Positions 49,245 through 63,400 of a stretch of DNA of 64,000 nucleotides are shown piece after piece. Both the position numbers and the translations under genes were made by a program. The notes beneath the pieces were generated by a model. That model was not told where the DNA came from. It saw only the letters and a program-made list of their open reading frames with translations, and made no database searches. Source of the DNA: Squalus acanthias (Eukaryota); contig JASTWF010000288.1 in assembly GCA_030390025.1 (NCBI GenBank), forward strand, positions 248,001 through 312,000, in the 5' to 3' direction. Every line of letters starts with the position of its first letter. Position 1 is the stretch's first letter.

Positions 49245-49514
49245 GTCGCCCTGTAGTGTACGTCTTTAAGCGTCCCTTGGATAGCTCAGTTGCCGTCTCC
49301 TGCCTTGTGACTGGTTTCTACCCTCGGTTTATTGAGGTGGTTTGGCAGAGAAATGAAGATTTTGTCTCGGATGTGGAATCGCCTGGCCTATTGCCGAACC
49401 ATGACGGAACCTATCAGACAAAGAAAACTCTAATACTCGCAGCTGAGGATGAAGCTGAGTATTTGTGTCATGTCACCCACAGCAGCCTGTCAGAGACACA
49501 GACTGAGCCTTGGG
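49245..49514 (+). CDS. MHC class I-like heavy chain, exon 4 (alpha3, Ig C1-set)
   Basis: ctctataaag|GT...G|gtaagt, 270 nt. RPVVYVF...VSCLVTGFYPRFIEVVWQRN...LLPNHDGTYQ...YLCHVTHSSL...W. Confidence 0.96.
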
Positions 49515-49939
49515 GTAAGTCAGTGTGACAGCCCATCAGAATGGAGGCGGATTGAAACAATGAATAAAGGGAAATGTAGCTTCCTCTGATGTCCCAGAAA
49601 GCTGGACTGCAGGATTCGAGACACTCAGTGCAACAGGATCCCATGGTTCACCCACCTCCCCATGGCCTGCATCCACGAACCTCTCCACAGCCTGTGCTGA
49701 GTTAGCTGATCCAATGTGGGATCGGGCGGTCGAGGGGCTACAATTGGTCCTGAGCCCCAGAAAGCAGCAAGGGTCCAGGTTTCACACCTGCTGGTGGTGA
49801 GGGTGAGATGAGTTACAAATGGCCTCCCTGTCCTTTGATGGGGACTGTGTGGCCGGGGCGGGGGGGGGGGGCGGGAGGAATCAGTCAGCGTTCGTGATCC
49901 TGATCATTAACTGGGAGGTGCACAGGTGGAGTATGTGTC

Positions 49940-50200
49940 ATGGTCACAGGGCTGGGAGGTGCTCTGGAAGTCGGCTTGGTGAGTTGCTGCACTGTATCCT
50001 GATAGTGACAGTACACACTGCAGCCACAGTACGCTGGTGGTGGAGGGAGTGAATATTTAAGGTGGTGGATGGGGTGCTGATCAAGCGGGCTGCTTTGTCC
50101 TGGATGGTGTCGAGCTTCTTGAGTGTTGTTGGAGCTGCACTCATCCAGGCAAGTGGAGAGTATTCCATCACACTCCTTACTTGTGGCTTGATCATTAACC
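49940..50200 (-). mobile_element. LINE 3' fragment (same family as ~26437-26865), with a ~135-bp local duplication at ~50212-50346
   Basis: QVRSVMEYSPLAWMSAAPTTLKKLDTIQDKAARLISTPSTTLNIHSLHHQRTVA. Confidence 0.8.
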
Positions 50201-50563
50201 AAGAGCTCTTGCTGGGAGGTGCACAGGTGGAGTATGTGTCGAGGTCACAGGGCTAGGAGGTGCTCTGGAAGTCGGCTTGGTGAGTTGCTGCACTGTATCC
50301 TGATAGTGACAGTACACACTGCAGCCACGGTGCTCCGGTGGTGGAGTAAGTGGGTCCTGAGTCCAGTGTCACAAGCTTAACACCTTCATCCCTCCTCCCC
50401 GCTGACCAATATTCTACCCACTTGTTGACCCAGTCACATCACTGATAAAACAACAGACGGCGATGTGTACAACGCTGGCAGAGCATGGTCCTATTGCCAT
50501 CAGAAACAGTAAATGTCAGGTTTGGAGCTGGACAGTCACACATGAAATGTTTTATATTTCAAG

Positions 50564-50671
50564 TGCCTGAAAGGAGTCCCAGAGATCGAGGAGTGGCGAT
50601 CGCAGGAGGAATACTAGGGATTGTCATAGTAATATGTGTCACTGTCGGAATCTGGACCAGGAAGAAGACAG
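50564..50671 (+). CDS. MHC class I-like heavy chain, exon 5 (connecting peptide, transmembrane segment and basic stop-transfer)
   Basis: tatatttcaag|TG...G|gtgagg, 108 nt. VPERSPRDRGVAIAGGILGIVIVICVTVGIWTRKKT. Confidence 0.88.
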
Positions 50672-50871
50672 GTGAGGAAGAAATGTCCGCAGCAAGGAGA
50701 TTGCAATCACGCACTGTGATTGTTGCTTGTTTCTTGGGGTTTTAAGATAACATTTGACATGTTGCACACAAAAACTAAAGGGCTCATTCTCAGGGTCAGG
50801 AGCTCAGGCAGAGGAGCACAGCTCGTAGGGACAGCTGATTGGGAAATGGAAAACCCACACCTCCAGGTTAC

Positions 50872-50924
50872 TGGGACAGTGTAGAGGGAGCTTTACTCTG
50901 TATCTAACCCGTGCTGTACCTCCC
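50872..50924 (-). repeat. Start of a 65-bp satellite in reverse orientation, running into the gap
   Basis: gggacagtgtagagggagctttactctgtatctaacccgtgctgtacct. Confidence 0.9.
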
Positions 50925-51424
50925 NNNNNNNNNNNNNNNNNNNNNNNNNNNNNNNNNNNNNNNNNNNNNNNNNNNNNNNNNNNNNNNNNNNNNNNNNNNN
51001 NNNNNNNNNNNNNNNNNNNNNNNNNNNNNNNNNNNNNNNNNNNNNNNNNNNNNNNNNNNNNNNNNNNNNNNNNNNNNNNNNNNNNNNNNNNNNNNNNNNN
51101 NNNNNNNNNNNNNNNNNNNNNNNNNNNNNNNNNNNNNNNNNNNNNNNNNNNNNNNNNNNNNNNNNNNNNNNNNNNNNNNNNNNNNNNNNNNNNNNNNNNN
51201 NNNNNNNNNNNNNNNNNNNNNNNNNNNNNNNNNNNNNNNNNNNNNNNNNNNNNNNNNNNNNNNNNNNNNNNNNNNNNNNNNNNNNNNNNNNNNNNNNNNN
51301 NNNNNNNNNNNNNNNNNNNNNNNNNNNNNNNNNNNNNNNNNNNNNNNNNNNNNNNNNNNNNNNNNNNNNNNNNNNNNNNNNNNNNNNNNNNNNNNNNNNN
51401 NNNNNNNNNNNNNNNNNNNNNNNN
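50925..51424. other. Assembly gap (500 N)
   Basis: Run of exactly 500 N, which suggests a nominal scaffold gap size. Confidence 0.99.
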
Positions 51425-54400
51425 GGGAGATGTTTGTTTATTGGTAATGGGGACATGTTTGTTTATTGGTAATGGGAGATGTTTGTTTATTGGTAATGGG
51501 GACATGTTTGTTTATTGGTAATGGGGGACATGTTTGTTTATTGGTAATGGAGAGATGTTTGTTTATTGGTAATGGGGAGATGTTTGTTTATTGGTAATGG
51601 AGACATGTTTGTTTATTGGTAATGGGGAGATGTTTGTTTATTGGTAATGGAGACTTTTGTTTATTGGTAATGGGGAGATGTTTGTTTATTGGTAATGGGA
51701 GATGTTTGTTTATTGGTAATGGGGAGATGTTTGTTTATTGGTAATGGGACATGTTTGTTTATTGGTAATGGGGAGATGTTTGTTTATTGGTAATGGGGAC
51801 ATGTTTGTTTATTGGTAATGGGGGACATGTTTGTTTATTGGTAATGGGGAGATGTTTGTTTATTGGTAATGGAGACCATGTTTGTTATGGAATGGGGTGA
51901 TGTTTGTTTATTGTATTGGGCAGATGTTTGTTTATTGGTAATGGAGACATGTTTGTTTATAGGTAATGGGGACGTGTTTTGTTTATTGGTAATGGGCGAT
52001 GTTTGTTTATTGGTAATGGGAAGATGTTTGTTTATTTGGTAATGGGACAGTGTTTGTTTATTGGTAATGGGAGATGTTTGTTTATGGTAATGGGCAGATG
52101 TTTGTTTATTGGTAATGGGGAGATGATTTGTTTATTGGTAATGGAGGATGTGTTATGAATGGATGTTTGTTTATGGTAATGGAGACAGTTTGATTGTTGG
52201 TAATGGAGGAGATGTTTGTTTATTGGTAATGGGGCAGATATTTTGTATATGGTAATGGAGACATGTTTGTTTATTGGTAATGGACAGCATGTTTGTTTAT
52301 TGGTAATGGCGCAGATGTTTGTTTTATTGGTAATGGGGACATGTTTGTTTATTGGTAATGGGAGATGTTTGTTTATTGGTAATGGGGACATGTTTGTTTA
52401 TTGGTAATGGGACATGTTTGTTTATTGGTAATGGGGAGATGTTTGTTTATTGGTAATGGGGAGATGTTTGTTTATTGGTAATGGGGACATGTTTGTTTAT
52501 TGGTAATGGGGACATGTTTGTTTATTGGTAATGGGGAGATGTTTGTTTATTGGTAATGGGGAGATGTTTGTTTATTGGTAATGGGCAGATGTTTGTTTAT
52601 TGGTAATGGGGACATGTTTGTTTATTGGTAATGGGGAGATGTTTGTTTATTGGTAATGGAGAGATGTTTGTTTATTGGTAATGGAGAGATGTTTGTTTAT
52701 TGGTAATGGGGACATGTTTGTTTATTGGTAATGGGGAGATGTTTGTTTATTGGTAATGGAGAGATGTTTGTTTATTGGTAATGGGGAGATGTTTGTTTAT
52801 TGGTAATGGGGAGATGTTTGTTTATTGGTAATGGAGAGATGTTTGTTTATTGGTAATGGGGACATGTTTGTTTATTGGTAATGGGAGATGTTTGTTTATT
52901 GGTAATGGAGAGATGTTTGTTTATTGGTAATGGGGACATGTTTGTTTATTGGTAATGGGGAGATGTTTGTTTATTGGTAATGGGAGATGTTTGTTTATTG
53001 GTAATGGGGACATGTTTGTTTATTGGTAATGGGGAGATGTTTGTTTATTGGTAATGGGGAGATGTTTGTTTATTGGTAATGGGGAGATGTTTGTTTATTG
53101 GTAATGGGGAGATGTTTGTTTATTGGTAATGGGGAGATGTTTGTTTATTGGTAATGGGGAGATGTTTGTTTATTGGTAATGGGGAGATGTTTGTTTATTG
53201 GTAATGGGGACATGTTTGTTTATTGGTAATGGGGAGATGTTTGTTTATTGGTAATGGGGAGATGTTTGTTTATTGGTAATGGGGAGATGTTTGTTTATTG
53301 GTAATGGGAGACATGTTTGTTTATTGGTAATGGGGACATGTTTGTTTATTGGTAATGGGGAGATAGTTTGTTTATTGGTAATGGAGAGATGTATGTTTAT
53401 TGGTAATGCAGACATGTTTGTTTATTGGTAATGGGGACATGTTTGTTTATTAGTAATGGAGACATGTTTGTTTATTGGTAATGGAGAGATGTTTGTTTAT
53501 TGGTAATGGAGAGATGTTTGTTTATTGGTAATGGGGAGATATTTGTTTATTGGTAATGGAGACATGTTTGTTTATTGGTAATGGGGACATGTTTGTTTAT
53601 TGGTAATGGTGAGATGTTTGTTTATTGGTAATGGGGAGATGTTTGTTTATTGGTAATGGAGAGATATTTGTTTATTGGTAATGGAGAGATGTTTGTTTAT
53701 TGGTAATGGAGAGATGTTTGTTTATTGGTAATGGAGAGATGTTTGTTTATTGGTAATGGGGAGATGTTCGTTTATTGGTAATGGGGAGATGTTTGTTTAT
53801 TGGTAATGGGGACATGTTTGTTTATTGGTAATGGAGAGATGTTTGTTTATTGGTAATGGGGAGATGTTTGTTTATTGGTAATGGGGAGATGTTTGTTTAT
53901 TGGTAATGGAGACATGTTTGTTTATTGGTAATGGGGACATGTTTGTTTATTGGTAATGGGGAGATATTTGTTTATTGGTAATGGAGAGATGTTTGTTTAT
54001 TGGTAATGGGGAGATAGTTTGTTTATTGGTAATGGGGACATGTTTGTTTATTGGTAATGGGAGAATGTTTGTTTATTGGTAATGGAGACATGTTTGTTTA
54101 TTGGTAATGGGGAGATGTTTGTTTATTGGTAATGGGGACATGTTTGTTTATTGGTAATGGAGACATGTTTGTTTATTGGTAATGGGGAGATGTTTGTTTA
54201 TTGGTAATGGAGGAGATGTTTGTTTATTGGTAATGGGAGATGTTTGTTTATTGGTAATGGGAGAGATTTGTTTATTGGTAATGGGAGATGTTTGTTTATT
54301 GGTAATGGGAGATGTTTGTTTATTGGTAATGGGGACATGTTTGTTTATTGGTAATGGGAGATGTTTGTTTATTGGTAATGGGGAGATGTTTGTTTATTGG

Positions 54401-57400
54401 TAATGGGAGATGTTTGTTTATTGGTAATGGGAGATGTTTGTTTATTGGTAATGGGGAGATGTTTGTTTATTGGTAATGGGGAGATGTTTGTTTATTGGTA
54501 ATGGAGAGATGTTTGTTTATTGGTAATGGGAGATGTTTGTTTATTGGTAATGGGGACATGTTTGTTTATTGGTAATGGAGAGATGTTTGTTTATTGGTAA
54601 TGGAGAGATGTTTGTTTATTGGTAATGGGGACATGTTTGTTTATTGGTAATGGAGAGATGTTTGTTTATTGGTAATGGGGAGATGTTTGTTTATTGGTAA
54701 TGGGGAGATGTTTGTTTATTGGTAATGGGGAGATGTTTGTTTATTGGTAATGGGAGATGTTTGTTTATTGGTAATGGGGACATGTTTGTTTATTGGTAAT
54801 GGGGACATGTTTGTTTATTGGTAATGGGGAGATGTTTGTTTATTGGTAATGGGGACATGTTTGTTTATTGGTAATGGGGAGATGTTTGTTTATTGGTAAT
54901 GGGTAGATGTTTGTTTATTGGTAATGGGGAGATGTTTGTTTATTGGTAATGGGGACATGTTTGTTTATTGGTAATGGGGAGATGTTTGTTTATTGGTAAT
55001 GGAGAGATGTTTGTTTATTGGTAATGGGGACATGTTTGTTTATTGGTAATGGAGAGATGTTTGTTTATTGGTAATGGGAGAGATGTTTGTTTATTGGTAA
55101 TGGGGACATGTTTGTTTATTGGTAATGGGAGAGATGTTTGTTTATTGGTAATGGGGAGATGTTTGTTTATTGGTAATGGGGAGATGTTTGTTTATTGGTA
55201 ATGGGAGATGTTTGTTTATTGGTAATGGGAGATGTTTGTTTATTGGTAATGGGGAGATGTTTGTTTATTGGTAATGGGGAGATGTTTGTTTATTGGTAAT
55301 GGGGACATGTTTGTTTATTGGTAATGGGAGAGATGTTTGTTTATTGGTAATGGGGAGATGTTTGTTTATTGGTAATGGGAGATGTTTGTTTATTGGTAAT
55401 GGGAGACATGTTTGTTTATTGGTAATGGGGACATGTTTGTTTATTGGTAATGGGGAGATATTTGTTTATTGGTAATGGAGAGATGTATGTTTATTGGTAA
55501 TGCAGACATGTTTGTTTATTGGTAATGGGGACATGTTTGTTTATTGGTAATGGAGACATGTTTGTTTATTGGTAATGGAGAGATGTTTGTTTATTGGTAA
55601 TGGAGAGATGTTTGTTTATTGGTAATGGGGAGATGTTTGTTTATTGGTAATGGAGACATGTTTGTTTATTGGTAATGGGGACATGTTTGTTTATTGGTAA
55701 TGGGAGATGTTTGTTTATTGGTAATGGGGAGATGTTTGTTTATTGGTAATGGAGAGATGTTTGTTTATTGGTAATGGAGAGATGTTTGTTTATTGGTAAT
55801 GGGGAGATGTTTGTTTATTGGTAATGGAGAGATGTTTGTTTATTGGTAATGGGGAGATGTTTGTTTATTGGTAATGGGGAGATGTTTGTTTATTGGTAAT
55901 GGGGACATGTTTGTTTATTGGTAATGGAGAGATGTTTGTTTATTGGTAATGGGGAGATGTTTGTTTATTGGTAATGGGGAGATATTTGTTTATTGGTAAT
56001 GGAGACATGTTTGTTTATTGGTAATGGGGACATGTTTGTTTATTGGTAATGGGGAGATATTTGTTTATTGGTAATGGAGAGATGTATGTTTATTGGTAAT
56101 GGGGAGATGTTTGTTTATTGGTAATGGGGACATGTTTGTTTATTGGTAATGGGGAGATGTTTGTTTATTGGTAATGGAGACATGTTTGTTTATTGGTAAT
56201 GGGGAGATATTTGTTTATTGGTAATGGGGACATGTTTGTTTATTGGTAATGGAGAGATGTTTGTTTATTGGTAATGGGGAGATGTTTGTTTATTGGTAAT
56301 GGAGAGATGTTTGTTTATTGGTAATGGGGAGATATTTGTTTATTGGTAATGGGGAGATGTTTGTTTATTGGTAATGGGGAGATGTTTGTTTATTGGTAAT
56401 GGGGAGATGTTTGTTTATTGGTAATGGGAGATGTTTGTTTATTGGTAATGGGGAGATGTTTGTTTATTGGTAATGGAGAGATGTTTGTTTATTGGTAATG
56501 GAGAGATGTTTGTTTATTGGTAATGGAGAGATGTTTGTTTATTGGTAATGGGGAGATGTTTGTTTATTGGTAATGGGGAGATGTTTGTTTATTGGTAATG
56601 GAGAGATGTTTGTTTATTGGTAATGGGGAGATGTTTGTTTATTGTAATGGGGACATGTTTGTTTATTGGTAATGGGGAGATGTTTGTTTATTGGTAATGG
56701 AGAGATGTTTGTTTATTGGTAATGGGGACATGTTTGTTTATTGGTAATGGGGAGATGTTTGTTTATTGGTAATGGGGAGATGTTTGTTTATTGGTAATGG
56801 GGAGATGTTTGTTTATTGGTAATGGAGAGATGTTTGTTTATTGGTAATGGGGAGATGTTTGTTTATTGGTAATGGGGACATGTTTGTTTATTGGTAATGG
56901 GGACATGTTTGTTTATTGGTAATGGGGAGATGTTTGTTTATTGGTAATGGGGACATGTTTGTTTATTGGTAATGGGGACATGTTTGTTTATTGGTAATGG
57001 AGAGATGTTTGTTTATTGGTAATGGGGAGATGTTTGTTTATTGGTAATGGGGACATGTTTGTTTATTGGTAATGGAGACATGTTTGTTTATTGGTAATGG
57101 GGAGATGTTTGTTTATTGGTAATGGAGAGATATTTGTTTATTGGTAATGGAGAGATGTTTGTTTATTGGTAATGGAGACATGTTTGTTTATTGGTAATGG
57201 GGAGATGTTTGTTTATTGGTAATGGGGACATGTTTGTTTATTGGTAATGGGGAGATGTTTGTTTATTGGTAATGGAGACATGTTTGTTTATTGGTAATGG
57301 GGAGATGTTTGTTTATTGGTAATGGGGACATGTTTGTTTATTGGTAATGGAGACATGTTTGTTTATTGGTAATGGGGAGATGTTTGTTTATTGGTAATGG

Positions 57401-60400
57401 GGACATGTTTGTTTATTGGTAATGGAGAGATGTTTGTTTATTGGTAATGGGGAGATGTTTGTTTATTGTTAATGGAGAGATGTTTGTTTATTGGTAATGG
57501 GGAGATGTTTGTTTATTGGTAATGGGGACATGTTTGTTTATTGGTAATGGAGACATGTTTGTTTATTGGTAATGGGGAGATGTTTGTTTATTGGTAATGG
57601 AGAGATATTTGTTTATTGGTAATGGAGAGATGTTTGTTTATTGGTAATGGAGACATGTTTGTTTATTGGTAATGGAGAGATGTTTGTTTATTGGTAATGG
57701 AGACATGTTTGTTTATTGGTAATGGAGACATGTTTGTTTATTGGTAATGGGGAGATGTTTGTTTATTGGTAATGGAGAGATATTTGTTTATTGGTAATGG
57801 AGAGATGTTTGTTTATTGGTAATGGAGACATGTTTGTTTATTGGTAATGGGGAGATATTTGTTTATTGGTAATGGGGAGATATTTGTTTATTGGTAATGG
57901 GGAGATGTTTGTTTATTGGTAATGGGGAGATGTTTGTTTATTGGTAATGGGGAGATGTTTGTTTATTGGTAATGGGCAGATGTTTGTTTATTGGTAATGG
58001 GGAGATATTTGTTTATTGGTAATGGAGAGATGTTTGTTTATTGGTAATGGGGAGATATTTGTTTATTGGTAATGGGGAGATGTTTGTTTATTGGTAATGG
58101 GGAGATGTTTGTTTATTGGTAATGGGCAGATGTTTGTTTATTGGTAATGGGGAGATGTTTGTTTATTGGTAATGGGGAGATGTTTGTTTATTGGTAATGG
58201 GGAGTTGTTTGTTTATTGGTAATGGGGAGATGTTTGTTTATTGGTAATGGAGAGATGTTTGTTTATTGGTAATGGGGAGATGTTTGTTTATTGGTAATGG
58301 AGAGATGTTTGTTTATTGGTAATGGAGAGATGTTTGTTTATTGGTAATGGGGACATGTTTGTTTATTGGTAATGGAGACATGTTTGTTTATTGGTAATGG
58401 GGAGATGTTTGTTTATTGGTAATGGGGACATGTTTGTTTATTGGTAATGGGGACATGTTTGTTTATTGGTAATGGGGAGATGTTTGTTTATTGGTAATGG
58501 GGAGATGTTTGTTTATTGGTAATGGAGACATGTTTGTTTATTGGTAATGGGGAGATGTTTGTTTATTGGTAATGGAGACATGTTTGTTTATTGGTAATGG
58601 GGAGATGTTTGTTTATTGGTAATGGTGACATGTTTGTTTATTGGTAATGGGGACATGTTTGTTTATTGGTAATGGAGACATGTTTGTTTATTGGTAATGG
58701 GGACATGTTTGTTTATTGGTAATGGAGACATGTTTGTTTGTTGGTAATGGAGACATGTTTGTTTATTGGTAATGGGGACATGTTTGTTTATTGGTAATGG
58801 AGAGATGTTTGTTTATTGGTAATGGAGACATGTTTGTTTGTTGGTAATGGAGACATGTTTGTTTATTGGTAATGGGGACATGTTTGTTTATTGGTAATGG
58901 AGAGATGTTTGTTTATTGGTAATGGGGAGATGTTTGTTTATTGGTAATGGAGAGATGTTTGTTTATTGGTAATGGAGACATGTTTGTTTATTGGTAATGG
59001 AGACATGTTTGTTTATTGGTAATGGGGACATGTTTGTTTATTGGTAATGGGGAGATGTTTGTTTATTGGTAATGGTGACATGTTCGTTTATTGGTAATGG
59101 AGACATGTTTGTTTATTGGTAATGGAGACATGTTTGTTTATTGGTAATGGGGAGATGTTTGTTTATTGGTAATGGAGACATGTTTGTTTATTGGTAATGG
59201 AGACATGTTTGTTTATTGGTAATGGGGAGATGTTTGTTTATTGGTAATGGAGACATGTTTGTTTATTGGTAATGGAGACATGTTTGTTTATTGGTAATGG
59301 AGACATGTTTGTTTATTGGTAATGGGGAGATGTTTGTTTATTGGTAATGGTGACATGTTTGTTTATTGGTAATGGGGACATGTTTGTTTATTGGTATTGG
59401 GGAGATGTTTGTTTATTGGTAATGGTGACATGTTTGTTTATTGGTAATGGAGACATGTTTGTTTATTGGTAATGGAGACATGTTTGTTTATTGGTATTGG
59501 GGAGATGTTTGTTTATTGGTAATGGTGACATGTTTGTTTATTGGTAATGGGGACATGTTTGTTTATTGGTATTGGGGAGATGTTTGTTTATTGGTAATGG
59601 GGACATGTTTGTTTATTGGTAATGGGGACATGTTTGTTTATTGGTAATGGAGACATGTTTGTTTTTTGGTAATGGAGACATGTTTGTTTATTGGTAATGG
59701 AGAGATGTTTGTTTATTGGTAATGGGGACATGTTTGTTTATTGGTAATGGAGACATGTTTGTTTATTGGTAATGGAGACATGTTTGTTTATTGGTAATGG
59801 AGACATGTTTGTTTATTGGTAATGGGGAGATGTTTGTTTATTGGTAATGGAGACATGTTTGTTTATTGGTAATGGGGAGATGTTTGTTTATTGGTAATGG
59901 TGACATGTTTGTTTATTGGTAATGGGGACATGTTTGTTTATTGGTAATGGAGACATGTTTGTTTATTGGTAATGGGGACATGTTTGTTTATTGGTAATGG
60001 AGACATGTTTGTTTATTGGTAATGGAGACATGTTTGTTTATTGGTAATGGGGACATGTTTGTTTATTGGTAATGGAGAGATGTTTGTTTATTGGTAATGG
60101 GGAGATGTTTGTTTATTGGTAATGGGGAGATGTTTGTTTATTGGTAATGGGGAGATATTTGTTTATTGGTAACGGAGAGATGTTTGTTTATTGGTAATGG
60201 AGAGATGTTTGTTTATTGGTAATGGGGAGATGTTTGTTTATTGGTAATGGGGAGATATTTGTTTATTGGTAATGGAGAGATGTTTGTTTATTGGTAATGG
60301 AGAGATATTTGTTTATTGGTAATGGAGAGATGTTTGTTTATTGGTAATGGGGAGATATTTGTTTATTGGTAATGGAGAGATGTTTGTTTATTGGTAATGG

Positions 60401-63400
60401 AGAGATGTTTGTTTATTGGTAATGGGGAGATGTTTGTTTATTGGTAATGGGGAGATGTTTGTTTATTGGTAATGGAGACATGTTTGTTTATTGGTAATGG
60501 GGAGATGTTTGTTTATTGGTAATGGTGACATGTTTGTTTATTGGTAATGGGGACATGTTTGTTTATTGGTAATGGAGACATGTTTGTTTATTGGTAATGG
60601 GGACATGTTTGTTTATTGGTAATGGAGACATGTTTGTTTATTGGTAATGGAGACATGTTTGTTTATTGGTAATGGAGACATGTTTGTTTATTGGTAATGG
60701 GGACATGTTTGTTTATTGGTAATGGAGAGATGTTTGTTTATTGGTAATGGGGAGATGTTTGTTTATTGGTAATGGTGACATGTTTGTTTATTGGTAATGG
60801 AGACATGTTTGTTTCTTGGTAATGGGGAGATGTTTGTTTATTGGTAATGGTGACATGTTTGTTTATTGGTAATGGAGACATGTTTTTTTATTGGTAATGG
60901 GGAGATGTTTGTTTATTGGTAATGGAGACATGTTTGTTTATTGGTAATGGGGAGATGTTTGTTTATTGGTAATGGAGACATGTTTGTTTATTGGTAATGG
61001 AGACATGTTTGTTTATTGGTAATGGAGACATGTTTGTTTATTGGTAATGGGGAGATGTTTGTTTATTGGTAATGGTGACATGTTTGTTTATTGGTAATGG
61101 GGACATGTTTGTTTATTGGTAATGGAGACATGTTTGTTTATTGGTAATGGGAGACATGTTTGTTTATTGGTAATGGGGAGATGTTTGTTTATTGGTAATG
61201 GTGACATGTTTGTTTATTGGTAATGGGGACATGTTTGTTTATTGGTAATGGAGACATGTTTGTTTATTGGTAATGGAGACATGTTTGTTAATTGGTAATG
61301 GGGACATGTTTGTTTATTGGTAATGGAGACATGTTTGTTTATTGGTAATGGAGACATGTTTGTTTATTGGTAATGGGGACATGTTTGTTTATTGGTAATG
61401 GAGAGATGTTTGTTTATTGGTAATGGGGAGATGTTTGTTTATTGGTAATGGGGAGATATTTGTTTATTGGTAATGGAGAGATGTTTGTTTATTGGTAATG
61501 GAGAGATATTTGTTTATTGGTAATGGAGAGATGTTTGTTTATTGGTAATGGGGAGATATTTGTTTATTGGTAATGGAGAGATGTTTGTTTATTGGTAATG
61601 GAGAGATGTTTGTTTATTGGTAATGGGGAGATGTTTGTTTATTGGTAATGGGGACATGTTTGTTTATTGGTAATGGGGAGATGTTTGTTTATTGGTAATG
61701 GAGACATGTTAGTTTATTGGTAATGGGGACATGTTTGTTTATTGGTAATGGAGACATGTTTGTTTATTGGTAATGGGGACATGTTTGTTTATTGGTAATG
61801 GAGACATGTTTGTTTATTGGTAATGGAGACATGTTTGTTTATTGGTAATGGGGACATGTTTGTTTATTGGTAATGGAGAGATGTTTGTTTATTGGTAATG
61901 GGGAGATATTTGTTTATTGGTAATGGGGAGATGTTTGTTTATTGGTAATGGGGAGATATTTGTTTATTGGTAACGGAGAGATGTTTGTTTATTGGTAATG
62001 GAGAGATGTTTGTTTATTGGTAATGGGGAGATGTTTGTTTATTGGTAATGGGGAGATATTTGTTTATTGGTAATGGAGAGATGTTTGTTTATTGGTAATG
62101 GAGAGATATTTGTTTATTGGTAATGGAGAGATGTTTGTTTATTGGTAATGGGGAGATATTTGTTTATTGGTAATGGAGAGATGTTTGTTTATTGGTAATG
62201 GAGAGATGTTTGTTTATTGGTAAATGGGAGATGTTTGTTTATTGGTAATGGGGAGATGTTTGTTTATTGCTAATGGAGACATGTTTGTTTATTGGTAATG
62301 GGGAGATGTTTGTTTATTGGTAATGGTGACATGTTTGTTTATTGGTAATGGGGACATGTTTGTTTATTGGTAATGGAGACATGTTTGTTTATTGGTAATG
62401 GGGACATGTTTGTTTATTGGTAATGGAGACATGTTTGTTTATTGGTAATGGAGACATGTTTGTTTATTGGTAATGGAGACATGTTTGTTTATTGGTAATG
62501 GGGACATGTTTGTTTATTGGTAATGGAGAGATGTTTGTTTATTGGTAATGGGGAGATGTTTGTTTATTGGTAATGGTGACATGTTTGTTTATTGGTAATG
62601 GAGACATGTTTGTTTCTTGGTAATGGGGAGATGTTTGTTTATTGGTAATGGAGACATGTTTGTTTATTGGTAATGGAGACATGTTTGTTTATTGGTAATG
62701 GGGAGATGTTTGTTTATTGGTAATGGAGACATGTTTGTTTATTGGTAATGGGGAGATGTTTGTTTATTGGTAATGGAGACATGTTTGTTTATTGGTAATG
62801 GAGACATGTTTGTTTATTGGTAATGGAGACATGTTTGTTTATTGGTAATGGGGAGATGTTTGTTTATTGGTAATGGTGACATGTTTGTTTATTGGTAATG
62901 GGGACATGTTTGTTTATTGGTAATGGAGACATGTTTGTTTATTGGTAATGGAGACATGTTTGTTTATTGGTAATGGGGAGATGTCTGTTTATTGGTAATG
63001 GTGACATGTTTGTTTATTGGTAATGGGGACATGTTTGTTTATTGGTAATGGAGACATGTTTGTTTATTGGTAATGGAGACATGTTTGTTAATTGGTAATG
63101 GGGACATGTTTGTTTATTGGTAATGGAGACATGTTTGTTTATTGGTAATGGAGACATGTTTGTTTATTGGTAATGGGGACATGTTTGTTTATTGGTAATG
63201 GAGAGATGTTTGTTTATTGGTAATGGGGAGATGTTTGTTTATTGGTAATGGGGAGATGTTTGTTTATTGGTAATGGGGAGATATTTGTTTATTGGTAACG
63301 GAGAGATGTTTGTTTATTGGTAATGGAGAGATGTTTGTTTATTGGTAATGGGGAGATGTTTGTTTATTGGTAATGGGGAGATATTTGTTTATTGGTAATG

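Larger units (their letters stand above)
21691..50671 (+). pseudogene. Non-classical MHC class I heavy-chain gene (leader-alpha1-alpha2-alpha3-TM) with a 1-nt frameshift in alpha2: young pseudogene or assembly indel; 3' end unresolved
   Basis: Five phase-1 exons of 76/261/275/270/108 nt with GT-AG boundaries and class I motifs. Confidence 0.75.

Noticed and set aside
21691-50671. Assignment as MHC class II, W-category or classical UAA
   Set aside because: Three extracellular domain exons (alpha1, alpha2, alpha3) indicate class I, and the anchor residues of classical molecules are absent. The lineage cannot be named without a phylogeny.
50672-50745. Read-through cytoplasmic tail EEEMSAARRLQSRTVIVACFLGF*
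   Set aside because: A good donor (ACAG|gtgagg) sits at the usual position after the basic residues, so splicing is more likely. Read-through remains possible as an isoform.
50804-51505. ORFs spanning the N run
   Set aside because: Gap artefacts.
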